DNA of 64,000 nucleotides, from contig CP084166.1 in assembly GCA_021513695.1 (NCBI GenBank), forward strand, positions 64,001 to 128,000, in the 5' to 3' direction. This stretch comes from Candidatus Heimdallarchaeum aukensis (GTDB lineage Archaea; Asgardarchaeota; Heimdallarchaeia; Heimdallarchaeales; Heimdallarchaeaceae). Below the pieces are notes generated by a model, which did no database searches, was not told where the DNA came from, and saw only the letters and a program-made list of their open reading frames with translations. Shown in pieces: positions 47,036-57,303 of this stretch; within the stretch, counting starts at the first letter, position 1; each line of letters begins with the position of its first letter. The position numbers and the translations under genes are program-made.

Positions 47036-48223
47036 ATGGGAAAGGCTAAAGTAGCAATAGTAAGAATTGAAAATGGAGACTTTTTTTCTGCAGTACAAAA
47101 AGCTATAGAACTAGCTGGAGGGCTTCCGGAAAAAATTGAGAAAGATATCTTAATTAAACCAAATATTCTCACTTTCAAAAAAACAGAAGAAGAGACTTCA
47201 CCTATAATTACTAATCCTGAAGTCGTTAAATCTATAATTAAAATAGTAAAAGAAAAAGACTACAACAAAAAAATTTATGTTGCAGATTCATCGGGTAGCG
47301 GTCTTGATACATCAAAAGTAATCGAGAAAACCGGTTTTACAAAATTAGAAGAAGAAGGAGTTACAGTATGCCAAATATCTTTGAATGGTTCGACTGAAAT
47401 AGAGCCAAAAAATCCTTTAAAACTTAAAAGAACTACTTTTTCTAATCTGTCTTTAAATTCTGCAATTATCAACGTTCCAAAAATGAAAACTCACACTTTA
47501 ACAAGAGTGACATTAGCGATAAAGAATCTTTTTGGAACTATTCCTGGGATGGAGAAATCTAGAATACACGCTGTAGGTAATACTGCTAAAGGATTTAGTA
47601 AGTGTTTAGTTGACATTTATTCTGTATTAAAAGATAATATCGTGATGAATGTAATGGATGCTTCTATAGCTATGGAAGGGCATGGGCCTTCTCACGGTTC
47701 TCCTGTTAAAATGGATCTTATCTTGGCAAGTAAAGATGCAGTTGCTTTAGATGCAGTAGCAACAAGTATAATGAGTGAGAAACCTTCTCGCGTTTTTACC
47801 ACTAGAATTGCTAGCGAAAATAATCTTGGTGTAGGAAATTTAAATGATATTGAAATAGTTGGTGAAAAGATAGAAAACATTCGACGCAAATTTAAAATGC
47901 CAGAAAAGTTTATCTCTTTCCTTCCGATAGGTATATTCTTTGAACTAGCTAAAAAACAACCTAAATACAAAGGTTCTGGATGTATAGCTTGTTTACGATG
48001 TCAAAAAATCTGTCCTGTACAAGCTATTGTAGTTGATAAAAAAGAAAAAAGACCTTATTTCGATTATAAGAAATGTATCTCATGCTTCAGCTGCAATGAA
48101 ATCTGTCCAGAAGGAGTAATTACGATTACTAGGCGTAAATATGGAAAACACATACTTTTCGGAGGTTTACTTAGTTCATTAATCATTGCTCTAATTGTTA
48201 TATTATCAATACTTCTCACTTAA
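47036..48223 (+). CDS. DUF362-domain protein with two C-terminal 4Fe-4S ferredoxin-type clusters and a C-terminal TM helix.
   Basis: CIACLRCQKICP and CISCFSCNEICP are CxxCxxCxxxCP motifs. The C-terminus HILFGGLLSSLIIALIVILSILL is hydrophobic. The track start at 47027 is GTG; the ATG is at 47036. Confidence 0.6.
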   Translation: MGKAKVAIVRIENGDFFSAVQKAIELAGGLPEKIEKDILIKPNILTFKKTEEETSPIITNPEVVKSIIKIVKEKDYNKKIYVADSSGSGLDTSKVIEKTGFTKLEEEGVTVCQISLNGSTEIEPKNPLKLKRTTFSNLSLNSAIINVPKMKTHTLTRVTLAIKNLFGTIPGMEKSRIHAVGNTAKGFSKCLVDIYSVLKDNIVMNVMDASIAMEGHGPSHGSPVKMDLILASKDAVALDAVATSIMSEKPSRVFTTRIASENNLGVGNLNDIEIVGEKIENIRRKFKMPEKFISFLPIGIFFELAKKQPKYKGSGCIACLRCQKICPVQAIVVDKKEKRPYFDYKKCISCFSCNEICPEGVITITRRKYGKHILFGGLLSSLIIALIVILSILLT

Positions 48224-48321
48224 CTCTTTTTTATTCAACTTTTTTCTATTTTTTTGATTGTCAATAAGCATACTTTTAAAATAAAGTTCTTCCCATTGTT
48301 TCTCTAGCGACGGTAGATAAT

Positions 48322-50154
48322 ATGTCGGAAGTCTTTGACAAAATTCTCTTATTATTAGATGAAATTTTTGAGATTGTAACAAATAAACGTTGGGCACATT
48401 ATTCTAAAAAAAGAACAGAAATATTATTATCACAAAAGATTTATGAACTAAAACATATCCTTTCCGAGATTCCTATTGACTTTAACATTAATAGCAAGGC
48501 TTCTTCTGAATATTTTGAAAAAATATTAAGTAAAATAACTGAAATTATGAATAATATGACTCCAGCAGATCTTCTATTTTCGTGGTATGAAATTGAAATT
48601 TTTAGATTAAACTTTGCAACCATTTATGCAAATATGTGGGGTCAGGCGGGAGACTTAAGTATAGCTGGGACAGCTAATGCACTAGCAAATGCTTTACTAG
48701 GAATACAAACCTTAGATGTTGATGATCTTTACGTTCCTTGGGGACACCACCAATTTCATAAAAGACGTGTAATTATTTTAAACTATCTCGATTCAGCTAT
48801 GAGTTTTTTCTTTACGCTTGTAAATACACTAGATATTGTCTACAAACATGATATAGAACATTGGTTGACAGAAGCTTTAAGGGCATGTGAGCAATATTTA
48901 TACTACTCTGATTTATTTTGGGATGTTCCTAAAAACGTTGCTTTAGAAAAGAAAAGAAGATTGGATACTTCCAAACCAAATTACTCTATGTATTACGCAT
49001 TATTTTTCGGAATAGATGAAATAATAAACAATTTTCTGATGAGTCAAAAGTTCTTTTTTGATAGTGAAATAAATGTGGAAAATGAAACTTTTGCAGTCAA
49101 AACTCCTGAAGATTTTTGGAAAACAGTCTACAAGATTATTGATAAGTTAGATTTTTACATTTCGGATTTGAAGGAGCATGTCGAGAAAAAAACATTTGGT
49201 TATAACGAATCTCCTCTTGAGGATGAAACAGTATTAGAATCTCTTTACCAAATCGATCTTACAAAAGTATATGTCAAAGGTTTTTATTCACTTTTTAAAT
49301 ACTTTAAAGAGAGCGCTGCTAATATTCTAAAATCTCTTAGAGATACTGTATTCATTAATTTCTTTAATTTTCTTCATAGATATGAAGAAATGATGAGCCA
49401 ACCTGACTTTATTAGTAGTCAAATGGCAGACGGTATATCTTTTCTGTTAGAAGAATTGTTACCTTGGAGCGGGTTAATAGCACTAAAATTAGATGATTAT
49501 TCTCTATTAGAAGAAGTAGAAAAAAAATTTGCTTATGTTTTTTCAAAAAAAGGAAAAGATCGATACCCTACTATGAATGGTTTAAGGATACTAGTAAGGC
49601 TTACACTTGATATTTCAAAAGATAAAACTGATAGATTTAAAGAATATGCAAAAGACTTAATTTATATCTCGAAAAAAGCTTCTTTTGAACCACGAAACTC
49701 TTTTGCTTTTGCATTGTTAGGTTATTTGTTAAGCTTAATAATAAAAACAATTTCCATTAAACAATTTAAACAGACAATTTCTGAAGTTTTTGAAAATATG
49801 TACGCTTCGTTTGGTCACCAATTGTCTGATGAAATTGAAATATATCTTCACAACTTGTTTTTGGCTCTCGATAATGAAAAACCCTCTTACAATATGAGTA
49901 GGTTATTAGCTCCAAAATATTATGATCCTTACACTTATTTTGTCCCAGATTTGAATAAAATTGCGAAAGATATTGAGAAAGATATAATCTATCTTCCATT
50001 TAATCTACAAAGCGATTCTATTATTCATGCTGAGCATTCAATGATAGAAGAACCTGAAACTTATTTAAAAAGAACGGAGCTAACAGAGTCACAAGGTAAA
50101 GAACAAGGAACAGAGATGTTGGCAGAACCTAAACTAGAAAAAGAAGAGGAATAG
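48322..50154 (+). CDS. Hypothetical alpha-helical protein (610 aa) with no recognisable motifs.
   Basis: It is a long ORF with an ATG start, coding-like composition and an acidic C-terminal tail. Confidence 0.5.
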   Translation: MSEVFDKILLLLDEIFEIVTNKRWAHYSKKRTEILLSQKIYELKHILSEIPIDFNINSKASSEYFEKILSKITEIMNNMTPADLLFSWYEIEIFRLNFATIYANMWGQAGDLSIAGTANALANALLGIQTLDVDDLYVPWGHHQFHKRRVIILNYLDSAMSFFFTLVNTLDIVYKHDIEHWLTEALRACEQYLYYSDLFWDVPKNVALEKKRRLDTSKPNYSMYYALFFGIDEIINNFLMSQKFFFDSEINVENETFAVKTPEDFWKTVYKIIDKLDFYISDLKEHVEKKTFGYNESPLEDETVLESLYQIDLTKVYVKGFYSLFKYFKESAANILKSLRDTVFINFFNFLHRYEEMMSQPDFISSQMADGISFLLEELLPWSGLIALKLDDYSLLEEVEKKFAYVFSKKGKDRYPTMNGLRILVRLTLDISKDKTDRFKEYAKDLIYISKKASFEPRNSFAFALLGYLLSLIIKTISIKQFKQTISEVFENMYASFGHQLSDEIEIYLHNLFLALDNEKPSYNMSRLLAPKYYDPYTYFVPDLNKIAKDIEKDIIYLPFNLQSDSIIHAEHSMIEEPETYLKRTELTESQGKEQGTEMLAEPKLEKEEE

Positions 50155-50168
50155 TTTAGATTTTTTTT

Positions 50169-50636
50169 CTACTCTTTTGGAAGTAAATATTTAATTTGTA
50201 ATTCATTCATTCTTTGAATGATAAGACTTTGATGCTCCTCTGGAATGTAAAAAACTCCTTTCTTGACCATCTCACTAAGTTCAATTGCTTTTAGATCTTC
50301 AGAAATGTCTTGAATCATTTTTTTAATATCTCTCTTCCAGACTTTTGGATGGAAACCTCCTACAATAAAGTATGTTTTAGAATCGTCAAAATAAAATTTA
50401 AATTGCTCCATTTGGATATTATAAAGTTTTGTTCCCAGTTCTCTTGCAAAAACAACTATTGCTGCACTAAAACCCGAAAAAAGTATTTCGTCAACATTTG
50501 TGTTGACATAAGATTTGTGGAAAAGAACCATTCCACTTTGTTCTATAACAGAAAGCTGAGTTATCGGATTCTTGATGTAAGGTCTTCCTCTTCTTTGATG
50601 TTTTTTAGCCTTCTGATTATCTTTCATCAAAATCAC
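50169..50636 (-). CDS. Small protein with a roadblock/LC7 (MglB-like) or longin-like fold, plus a basic N-terminal tail.
   Basis: LSVIEQSGMVLFHKSY...ILFSGFSAAIVVFARELG...EQFKFYFDDSKTYFIVGG follows the roadblock alpha-beta-beta-alpha-beta-beta pattern (compare LC7 GVQGIIVVNTEGIPI...). The N-terminal KAKKHQRRGRPYIK tail is basic. The fold assignment comes from pattern recognition only. Confidence 0.4.
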   Translation of the reverse strand: MILMKDNQKAKKHQRRGRPYIKNPITQLSVIEQSGMVLFHKSYVNTNVDEILFSGFSAAIVVFARELGTKLYNIQMEQFKFYFDDSKTYFIVGGFHPKVWKRDIKKMIQDISEDLKAIELSEMVKKGVFYIPEEHQSLIIQRMNELQIKYLLPKE

Positions 50637-50940
50637 AAGTTTATCTTGACAATTCTAAAAAAACAGTTGGCTTCTAACCTTTTATTTTTTGTGTTGGACA
50701 GATTGTTATTTATATTTAATTTATAAGTAGTAATTATCTAGATTTTATGTTTTGAAAAGAAACAAATATATATTGTCATTTCGATGAACTTTCAATTAAG
50801 AGGTGATTGTTTAGTATGAAAAAGGAATATTTTTGTAAGTTAGAAGATTATAAACAATCCCTCTTGAAGAAATAAACTTCTCATTGGATTGTCTTCTATT
50901 TGATACAAAACCTTCTATAACAATCATATAGCAAAAAGAG

Positions 50941-53900
50941 ATGAAAAAAATGAATAAAATTAAAAAAAATGTTATCTTTCCAGAACCAGTCTCTACTATT
51001 AAAATCAGACCATTGCAAAAAACAGAAAAAGATTACAAAGAAATAGCTCGATGCTTTAATTCTTTCAATGACTCGGATTCTTGGCCTGATGGATTTGGTG
51101 GTTCATTTGTTTTTACTGAAGAGTGGGCAGAGAATGAATATTCGTTAAAAGATCTTTCTTCTCACTTTGTTGCTTTAACAAAAGATGAAGATCAAAAAAT
51201 TGTAGGAGTATGTTATTGTAATAGAAGTTCTCATTTAAAAGATGCGTGGTATGTAGCTCTTTTAGGAGTAGATCCAGCTTTTCAAGGTAAAAAAATTGGT
51301 AAATCATTATTGCTTAATGCTACTAGATTTGCTTTGGAAAAACAAGCAAGATTAATTTCACTTCATACATGGGGAGGAAATTTGAAAGCTATGCCTCTTT
51401 ATAAACGACAAGGATACAAGTGGAGACCAGATACAGTAGTTTACATGGAAAATTATATTCCCCAAATTCTTAATTTTCCTCTCTTTACACCAATATTTAA
51501 GCAAATATCTTGGTACGATAGTTTTAAACCTCATATTACCCAAGAACAAGATAAAGAATTTATTGAAAAAATGAAAATATATGAATATAAATTCCAAAAT
51601 GAAAAAGATGATTTCGAATTAACCACGTGGATTGACAGAACAATTGGATACATTAGTGGTTTCCATTTAAAACATGAGAAAGAAGATATTTCTATAAAAG
51701 CTTATACTCCTAAATCTGAAGCTTTTATAGGAGTAGAAAAATTTCCTGTTTTCTTAGAGATTTCTAATAATACAGATAAAGAAAAAACTCTTAATATTTT
51801 TCTAATTAGCTCTTCATCAATTAAAATAGATGAATCAAAGACAGACGAACAAATCAAAATAAAACCAAATACAAAGATAAAATTGTCTTTTAAAGGTTCA
51901 TTTCTTCCATCTACTCCTGAATTTGATGATAAGAGATTCAAACAATCTCTAGTAGAACATTACGTTTCTTTTAAAATTCAATACAATGAAACTGAATTTC
52001 ATCTGTATGTCGGTAAGATTCCTAAATCACCTGTAAAAGTTGAGATTTCACCATATTACTTAAATGTTTTACCTAGTTCAAAGACCTCTATTCCTTTTAG
52101 TATCAGTAATTTTACAGGAGAAAAGCAAAATTGGACACTAAAAATTAAAAATGGAAATTATGTCTCTTTTCTCTCTAATACTATAGAAACAGAAGTTTCG
52201 ATATATGACAACTTGGTTGAAGTAGATGCAGAAGTAGAAAATACTTCCACCACAGTAGACTATATTCAAGCTAAAATCTATTCCAACGAGATCAACAAAG
52301 AGATTGGCTCATTTGATTTACCTATATTGATAGTTAATAAAGATAAAGCCATTCACTATAAGATAAACCAATTCCACTATATCGAAAATAAGTATGTTAG
52401 AGTAAAGTTCGATGAAACTCCTTTAAGTAGTAATATGATTTATATAGATGATAAAAAGAGAAAACTCAAAATAATGGGGAATTCAATCGTCTTAGGATTA
52501 CCATTTGACAATGAAGGTTCAGAGTTTTACACAAAAAAACTTAACCACGAAATAAAAGAGTTGGAAGATGGAATATTATTTATAAGTACGTGTCTTTCTG
52601 AAAACAAAAAGGGTATAAAAGTTGTAAGAAAACTCTTTATTCCACATGATGCATCTCCATTGAAGATTAGTTATGAGCTAGAAAATACCACAGATAACAA
52701 AATAGAGAACATGGGTGTTCATTATGGATATTGGTGGTGGTCTGGACATCAACCACAAAAATATAAGATAATTCCATTGAAAGAAGGAATTTACTACTCT
52801 AATCTATTCGAACTATCGCTTGAATTAGGAAAAGATCCTTCAAAACTAAAAGAAGGTTGGGTTGCTTGTAAATACGATAATGGTTTTGCAGGTTTTCTCT
52901 TTAATTTAGAAAAAACAGACAAAGTATATTTAGATAGCACACTTCCACATGTAGATTATATTCTCCCATTTATTGAGCCAAAAACTAAAATTGAGCTTCC
53001 AGCTGTATATTTCTATTTTGCTGATGACTGGAAGAGTGTAAGAGAAAAATGGTCTGAACTCTATTTAGGTAAATATTTAGTCGATGAAGAAGACGAACAA
53101 CCTTCACCAATGAGGATTTATGGTATTTCATTAGGAAAAGAAGCATCAATTGTTGATGGGTTATTTATTGAAAAAAATAACTCTAAATTCTACTTTAATT
53201 TTGACGCCTTTCTACCTACTGAGTTTAAAGGGAAAATTCTATTCAAAGAAGGTAAAATTTATCCCAATGAAATAAAACTAGAAGGCAAGAAGATTGCTAG
53301 GTTCTCACAAGATCTAAAAATTGACGTTCTTGATACCCTTGAAACTTTAAAAGAAAAATTAATTCTAGATACAGGCTCATATATTGATGAAAAAGATATT
53401 GCTCTATGTTTCTACAGCAACGAAAAACCAATTAAAAAAGAGATTAACGAAGAAAAAAACAAATATATCCAAGTTTCTAATGGATTGGTTACATTTCGTG
53501 CAAGTCATAACTTCAATGGTGTTGCTTACTTTCTATCCTATAAAGACCAGAAAAATATATTCAAAACTTTTTGGCCAGAGAGTCCACCCTTTCTATGGGA
53601 TAACCGCTTTTTTGGAGGAATTGCTCCGCACATTGTACAATATAACAGTTGGGATTTCCAAGATTATTTGGATCTAAAATTTGAACTATTACCTGATGTT
53701 CGAAAGGGAAAACTTGAAGGAGTAGGAATGAAAAGTGAGATAATAACTTATTCTCCTTATCTTAAAGGCTTGCAAGTTACTAATTACTATTTGACACTAC
53801 CTGCTTCACCTTTTCTTTTAGTACAACAGCAAATTTACAACCATTCAGGTGTTTCTAGATACTTTAATCCAGTGATAAGTATAAACCTCGAACCATCAGG

Positions 53901-54255
53901 AACAACAGAAGATAAATACTACATTGATAATGGTGAGACTTATTTAACCTTTAGAACTCAAGATTTCGAAAGCGACGCTTGGAAACGCAAGAAAGGAAAA
54001 ACAAGATGGGTTGCTTATAAAAATAGAGATGCTCCCTATTATTTAGGTGTTGTAATCAACTCTAAGAAATTTGGATATACTGTAGAACCTTACATACCTA
54101 ATTTAAACATTTCAAAAATAATTGTGCAATCTCCTATAGCGAAAATAAAACCTAAAGAAACGCTTACTTTTGAAACAATGATAATATTTACTGATGAACT
54201 TGAAAAAATCAAACCATTTACCAATAATAATATTAGAGAATTAATTGAAGAATAA
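50941..54255 (+). CDS. Large (1104 aa) protein: an N-terminal GNAT acetyltransferase domain fused to a ~930-aa domain of unknown function.
   Basis: The GNAT motif is YVALLGVDPAFQGKKIGKSLLLNATRFALE. The remainder is beta-rich with no recognised motifs. Confidence 0.55.
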   Translation: MKKMNKIKKNVIFPEPVSTIKIRPLQKTEKDYKEIARCFNSFNDSDSWPDGFGGSFVFTEEWAENEYSLKDLSSHFVALTKDEDQKIVGVCYCNRSSHLKDAWYVALLGVDPAFQGKKIGKSLLLNATRFALEKQARLISLHTWGGNLKAMPLYKRQGYKWRPDTVVYMENYIPQILNFPLFTPIFKQISWYDSFKPHITQEQDKEFIEKMKIYEYKFQNEKDDFELTTWIDRTIGYISGFHLKHEKEDISIKAYTPKSEAFIGVEKFPVFLEISNNTDKEKTLNIFLISSSSIKIDESKTDEQIKIKPNTKIKLSFKGSFLPSTPEFDDKRFKQSLVEHYVSFKIQYNETEFHLYVGKIPKSPVKVEISPYYLNVLPSSKTSIPFSISNFTGEKQNWTLKIKNGNYVSFLSNTIETEVSIYDNLVEVDAEVENTSTTVDYIQAKIYSNEINKEIGSFDLPILIVNKDKAIHYKINQFHYIENKYVRVKFDETPLSSNMIYIDDKKRKLKIMGNSIVLGLPFDNEGSEFYTKKLNHEIKELEDGILFISTCLSENKKGIKVVRKLFIPHDASPLKISYELENTTDNKIENMGVHYGYWWWSGHQPQKYKIIPLKEGIYYSNLFELSLELGKDPSKLKEGWVACKYDNGFAGFLFNLEKTDKVYLDSTLPHVDYILPFIEPKTKIELPAVYFYFADDWKSVREKWSELYLGKYLVDEEDEQPSPMRIYGISLGKEASIVDGLFIEKNNSKFYFNFDAFLPTEFKGKILFKEGKIYPNEIKLEGKKIARFSQDLKIDVLDTLETLKEKLILDTGSYIDEKDIALCFYSNEKPIKKEINEEKNKYIQVSNGLVTFRASHNFNGVAYFLSYKDQKNIFKTFWPESPPFLWDNRFFGGIAPHIVQYNSWDFQDYLDLKFELLPDVRKGKLEGVGMKSEIITYSPYLKGLQVTNYYLTLPASPFLLVQQQIYNHSGVSRYFNPVISINLEPSGTTEDKYYIDNGETYLTFRTQDFESDAWKRKKGKTRWVAYKNRDAPYYLGVVINSKKFGYTVEPYIPNLNISKIIVQSPIAKIKPKETLTFETMIIFTDELEKIKPFTNNNIRELIEE

Positions 54256-54285
54256 AACTCTATTTACTAGAGTAAATCTTCTTTT

Positions 54286-56304
54286 TTATTTATTAAATCC
54301 TGTATACTCCAGAATCTCTTTGATATTCTTTTCATAAAATTGTGGTTTTACTGGTGCTCTCGGTATTTCTTTTATTCTTTCAGCAAGAGAAAGTGTCCAA
54401 ATTCTTATTTCTGAACTCATTTCAGAAGCAATAACAGCAATAATTCCGTTTTTTATGGCTTGCAAACTAATTGTAAAGTCTTCATAGAAAACATCCTTTA
54501 ATCTACGAATTTCTTTATCTCCAGTGATACTTTCTGCAAGTTGATTAATGGCCATTAGTAATCCCGAAAGTAAAATGTCATTAGCCTTCAGCTTTTCTTT
54601 TAGGTTAGAATAAACAGGGACTCCACTTTCGCTAATGACAAGTACTCCTAAAATCTCTGTCTCATGGTTTTTTGAACTTTCGACTTTAAGTGATAGAAGA
54701 GACTTGAATTGAGGAAGAATATAGTCGATTACATTTTGTTTTTTTATTTGTAATGTACCTGTTTTTTCAGAAAGACGGATATTTTTTTCTACTTCATCTA
54801 TATCTTTCTTAAGCGCATCTAGTTCTATTTCTTCACCTATCTTTCTGGCTTCTAGCAATAAATTAAACGCTGTCTCTGTATCTCCGTCTATCGCAACCAA
54901 AACCGCATTCACAAGATAACTTACTGCTAAGAGCTGATTATGCTTATATTCTACAGCTAATTGTTTGACTGTTTCACAATAGTTAAGTGCTAAATTAAGG
55001 TTTTCTTGAGTTTCAAGTAGTCTATAATATATTAAATAAGCTACAGCTAACTGAATGTTAGAATAGAGTATCAATTCTGTATCGTTAATGAGAGAAGCGT
55101 TTTCAAGTGCTGAATGAAGAAAGGAAATTGCACTAGTTAAGTTGTGTTGAAGCATTTCTAAGAACCCTCTGAGATAATCAACTCTAATATTAATCGAAGG
55201 AACTTCAAGTTCTCTCGCTAGACTTTTTAGTTCTTTTAAATATCTCTTAGCTTCTGCTATTTTTTCCACTCTTAAATAGTAATGAACTAGTTCAAATAAA
55301 ATGAATGCTTTGTGCATCGATTTTTCATTTTTCTGTATTTCATATGCAGCCAAAAATGATTCTTCAGCTCTATTATCTCCCAAAAGAAAATAGAGATTTC
55401 CAATTTCAGTGAGATAAAGATAAGGCCATTTTCCTGTGCTCTTTTTGTAAAGATTTATAGCTTTTTCCATCATATCTTTAGCTTTTTTTATTTTTCCTTC
55501 AACTGCTAATACTTCTGCTAAATTTCCAGTTGCGATAGATAATCTATAGTTATCATTGAATTGGCTATGGATTTCAATGAGTTTCTCAAAACATTCTATA
55601 GCTTCTTTAGTTTTACCAAAATAACTGTAAATGCTTCCTTTTACATTTAGGAATGTTGTTTTGCTTTTATAGGATCCATACCTTTCTATATAAGGGCTGA
55701 TAAATGAAAACTCCTTTTCATAATTTATATCTACCCCAGCGTGAAGTAACCACCATATAATATTATGAAACGCTTCGTGAAGATGGTGGTGTTCAATTAT
55801 TTCTTCTGACTTTGTTATTCTCTCTTTAACTATTTTTAAAATAGGTTTAATTTTATCTATTTCACCTTGTTGTCCATGAACCCATGATTGTATGTTGTAA
55901 ATTGCTGCTTGTATCTCGTTTGTTATCTTTTTCTTTTTTCGAATCTCTTTTTCTTGAGCATCAATTTCTCTTACTATCTTTGAATAATTTTGGGGGTTCT
56001 CTTGAAAATAGAGACTAAATAAGGAAACAAAAGGGTCATCAACTTTTTCGAGTGTTTTGATAAGCTCTTCTGTAGCCCGCATTTTTTGGGTCAGATAGCA
56101 GGTAAGTGTAGCTAAAGTAACTATTTGCTGGTTGTTTGAAGGGATAGTTTTCTCTTTTTCCAAAAGAATTTTCAATGCAGAAAAAGATCCTCTTTGAAGT
56201 TTCTCATTAGGATTAGGTGAACTCTGCTTTTTTACTTCATTTACAACAAGTTCTCTACTTTCTTCATCTAACCTTTTGAGCATTTCTTCGTATATTAATT
56301 GCAT
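54286..56304 (-). CDS. TPR-repeat protein (672 aa) with a C-terminal roadblock/LC7-like domain.
   Basis: The central region has TPR-like helical repeats (e.g. AIECFEKLIEIHSQFNDNYRLSIATGNLAEVLAVEGKIKKAKDMMEKAINLYKK). The C-terminus ILGVLVISESGVPVYSNL...DILLSGLLMAINQLAESI...DFTISLQAIKNGIIAVIASE follows a roadblock-like pattern. Confidence 0.5.
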   Translation of the reverse strand: MQLIYEEMLKRLDEESRELVVNEVKKQSSPNPNEKLQRGSFSALKILLEKEKTIPSNNQQIVTLATLTCYLTQKMRATEELIKTLEKVDDPFVSLFSLYFQENPQNYSKIVREIDAQEKEIRKKKKITNEIQAAIYNIQSWVHGQQGEIDKIKPILKIVKERITKSEEIIEHHHLHEAFHNIIWWLLHAGVDINYEKEFSFISPYIERYGSYKSKTTFLNVKGSIYSYFGKTKEAIECFEKLIEIHSQFNDNYRLSIATGNLAEVLAVEGKIKKAKDMMEKAINLYKKSTGKWPYLYLTEIGNLYFLLGDNRAEESFLAAYEIQKNEKSMHKAFILFELVHYYLRVEKIAEAKRYLKELKSLARELEVPSINIRVDYLRGFLEMLQHNLTSAISFLHSALENASLINDTELILYSNIQLAVAYLIYYRLLETQENLNLALNYCETVKQLAVEYKHNQLLAVSYLVNAVLVAIDGDTETAFNLLLEARKIGEEIELDALKKDIDEVEKNIRLSEKTGTLQIKKQNVIDYILPQFKSLLSLKVESSKNHETEILGVLVISESGVPVYSNLKEKLKANDILLSGLLMAINQLAESITGDKEIRRLKDVFYEDFTISLQAIKNGIIAVIASEMSSEIRIWTLSLAERIKEIPRAPVKPQFYEKNIKEILEYTGFNK

Positions 56305-56451
56305 TGTGTTAATCCCTTCAGCTTATTAATTAAAATCTAGAATTTAAGTCTTTACTCTAACCGTGCAAATATTTACACTTAGACCATCGTGAAAGGAAAT
56401 TAAGGCTGGATGAAATACTAATATTTTTATTTGAACAGTGAAAAGATTAGT

Positions 56452-57237
56452 ATGAAATCTTTAATAGTTTTAACTCAACCAGAATGCAAAAGAATAATAG
56501 CAAAAGGAATTCTTAAGCATCCTCATTTTAAACATTCATATGAAAAAGGTAAAATTTTTCTTGCTAGAGGATCAACTAATGCTTATATTCTTGAAGAAAT
56601 AAAAAAGGAAGCAATCGAAAAACAATTTTATGTGGCAGGGCAGATTACAGGAGATAAAGAGATTATCAAAAGGTACGGTGGTGTTTCTTCTAATAAACGG
56701 ATGAAAGAAATAGTTTTAGAAAAAAAACAAATAAGAGAAATAGATGACTCAAAACAAGAATTAGAGAAATTTAGCTCCGAAGACTTGATAATAAAAGGAG
56801 GAAACATTTTAGATGATAATTATGTAGCTGGAGTTTATATGGCTCATCCAAATGGTGGAACTATTGGAAACATCCTCCCAATTGCTGTAGCAAGGGGAAT
56901 CCCTATACTTGTTCCTATTAGCTTAATTAAGAGAAGTTCTGAAGATGTATTTATTCTTGCTCAGTTAATGGGGAATGAAACATTTAAACCAGAACTTGTA
57001 ATGGGTCATCCTATTGGAATAATGCCTATTATCGGAGAAGTTTTTACTGAATTAGATGCTTTTGAACTTCTGTTTCCTGAAGTTGAATTTGTTCATATAG
57101 GTTCTGGAGGAGTAGGAAAAGCTGAAGGTTCTTTGCACTTTCTTATGATTGGAGAAGAAGATAAGGTGAAAAATGCTTTCAACGAAATTAAGAAATTAAT
57201 TGAAAATGAAAAGGATTACCAGCCTTTTATTGAGTAA
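56452..57237 (+). CDS. Hypothetical protein (about 261 aa) of unknown function.
   Basis: It is a coding-like ORF. The track start at 56431 is TTG; the ATG is at 56452. It lies immediately upstream of the lipid kinase gene, same strand. Confidence 0.5.
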   Translation: MKSLIVLTQPECKRIIAKGILKHPHFKHSYEKGKIFLARGSTNAYILEEIKKEAIEKQFYVAGQITGDKEIIKRYGGVSSNKRMKEIVLEKKQIREIDDSKQELEKFSSEDLIIKGGNILDDNYVAGVYMAHPNGGTIGNILPIAVARGIPILVPISLIKRSSEDVFILAQLMGNETFKPELVMGHPIGIMPIIGEVFTELDAFELLFPEVEFVHIGSGGVGKAEGSLHFLMIGEEDKVKNAFNEIKKLIENEKDYQPFIE

Positions 57238-57303
57238 ATAAAGGTCTTTTTTCTAACTTTTCTACCATATTTTTTTAAGTAAGCATATTATTTTTAAATA
57301 TCA

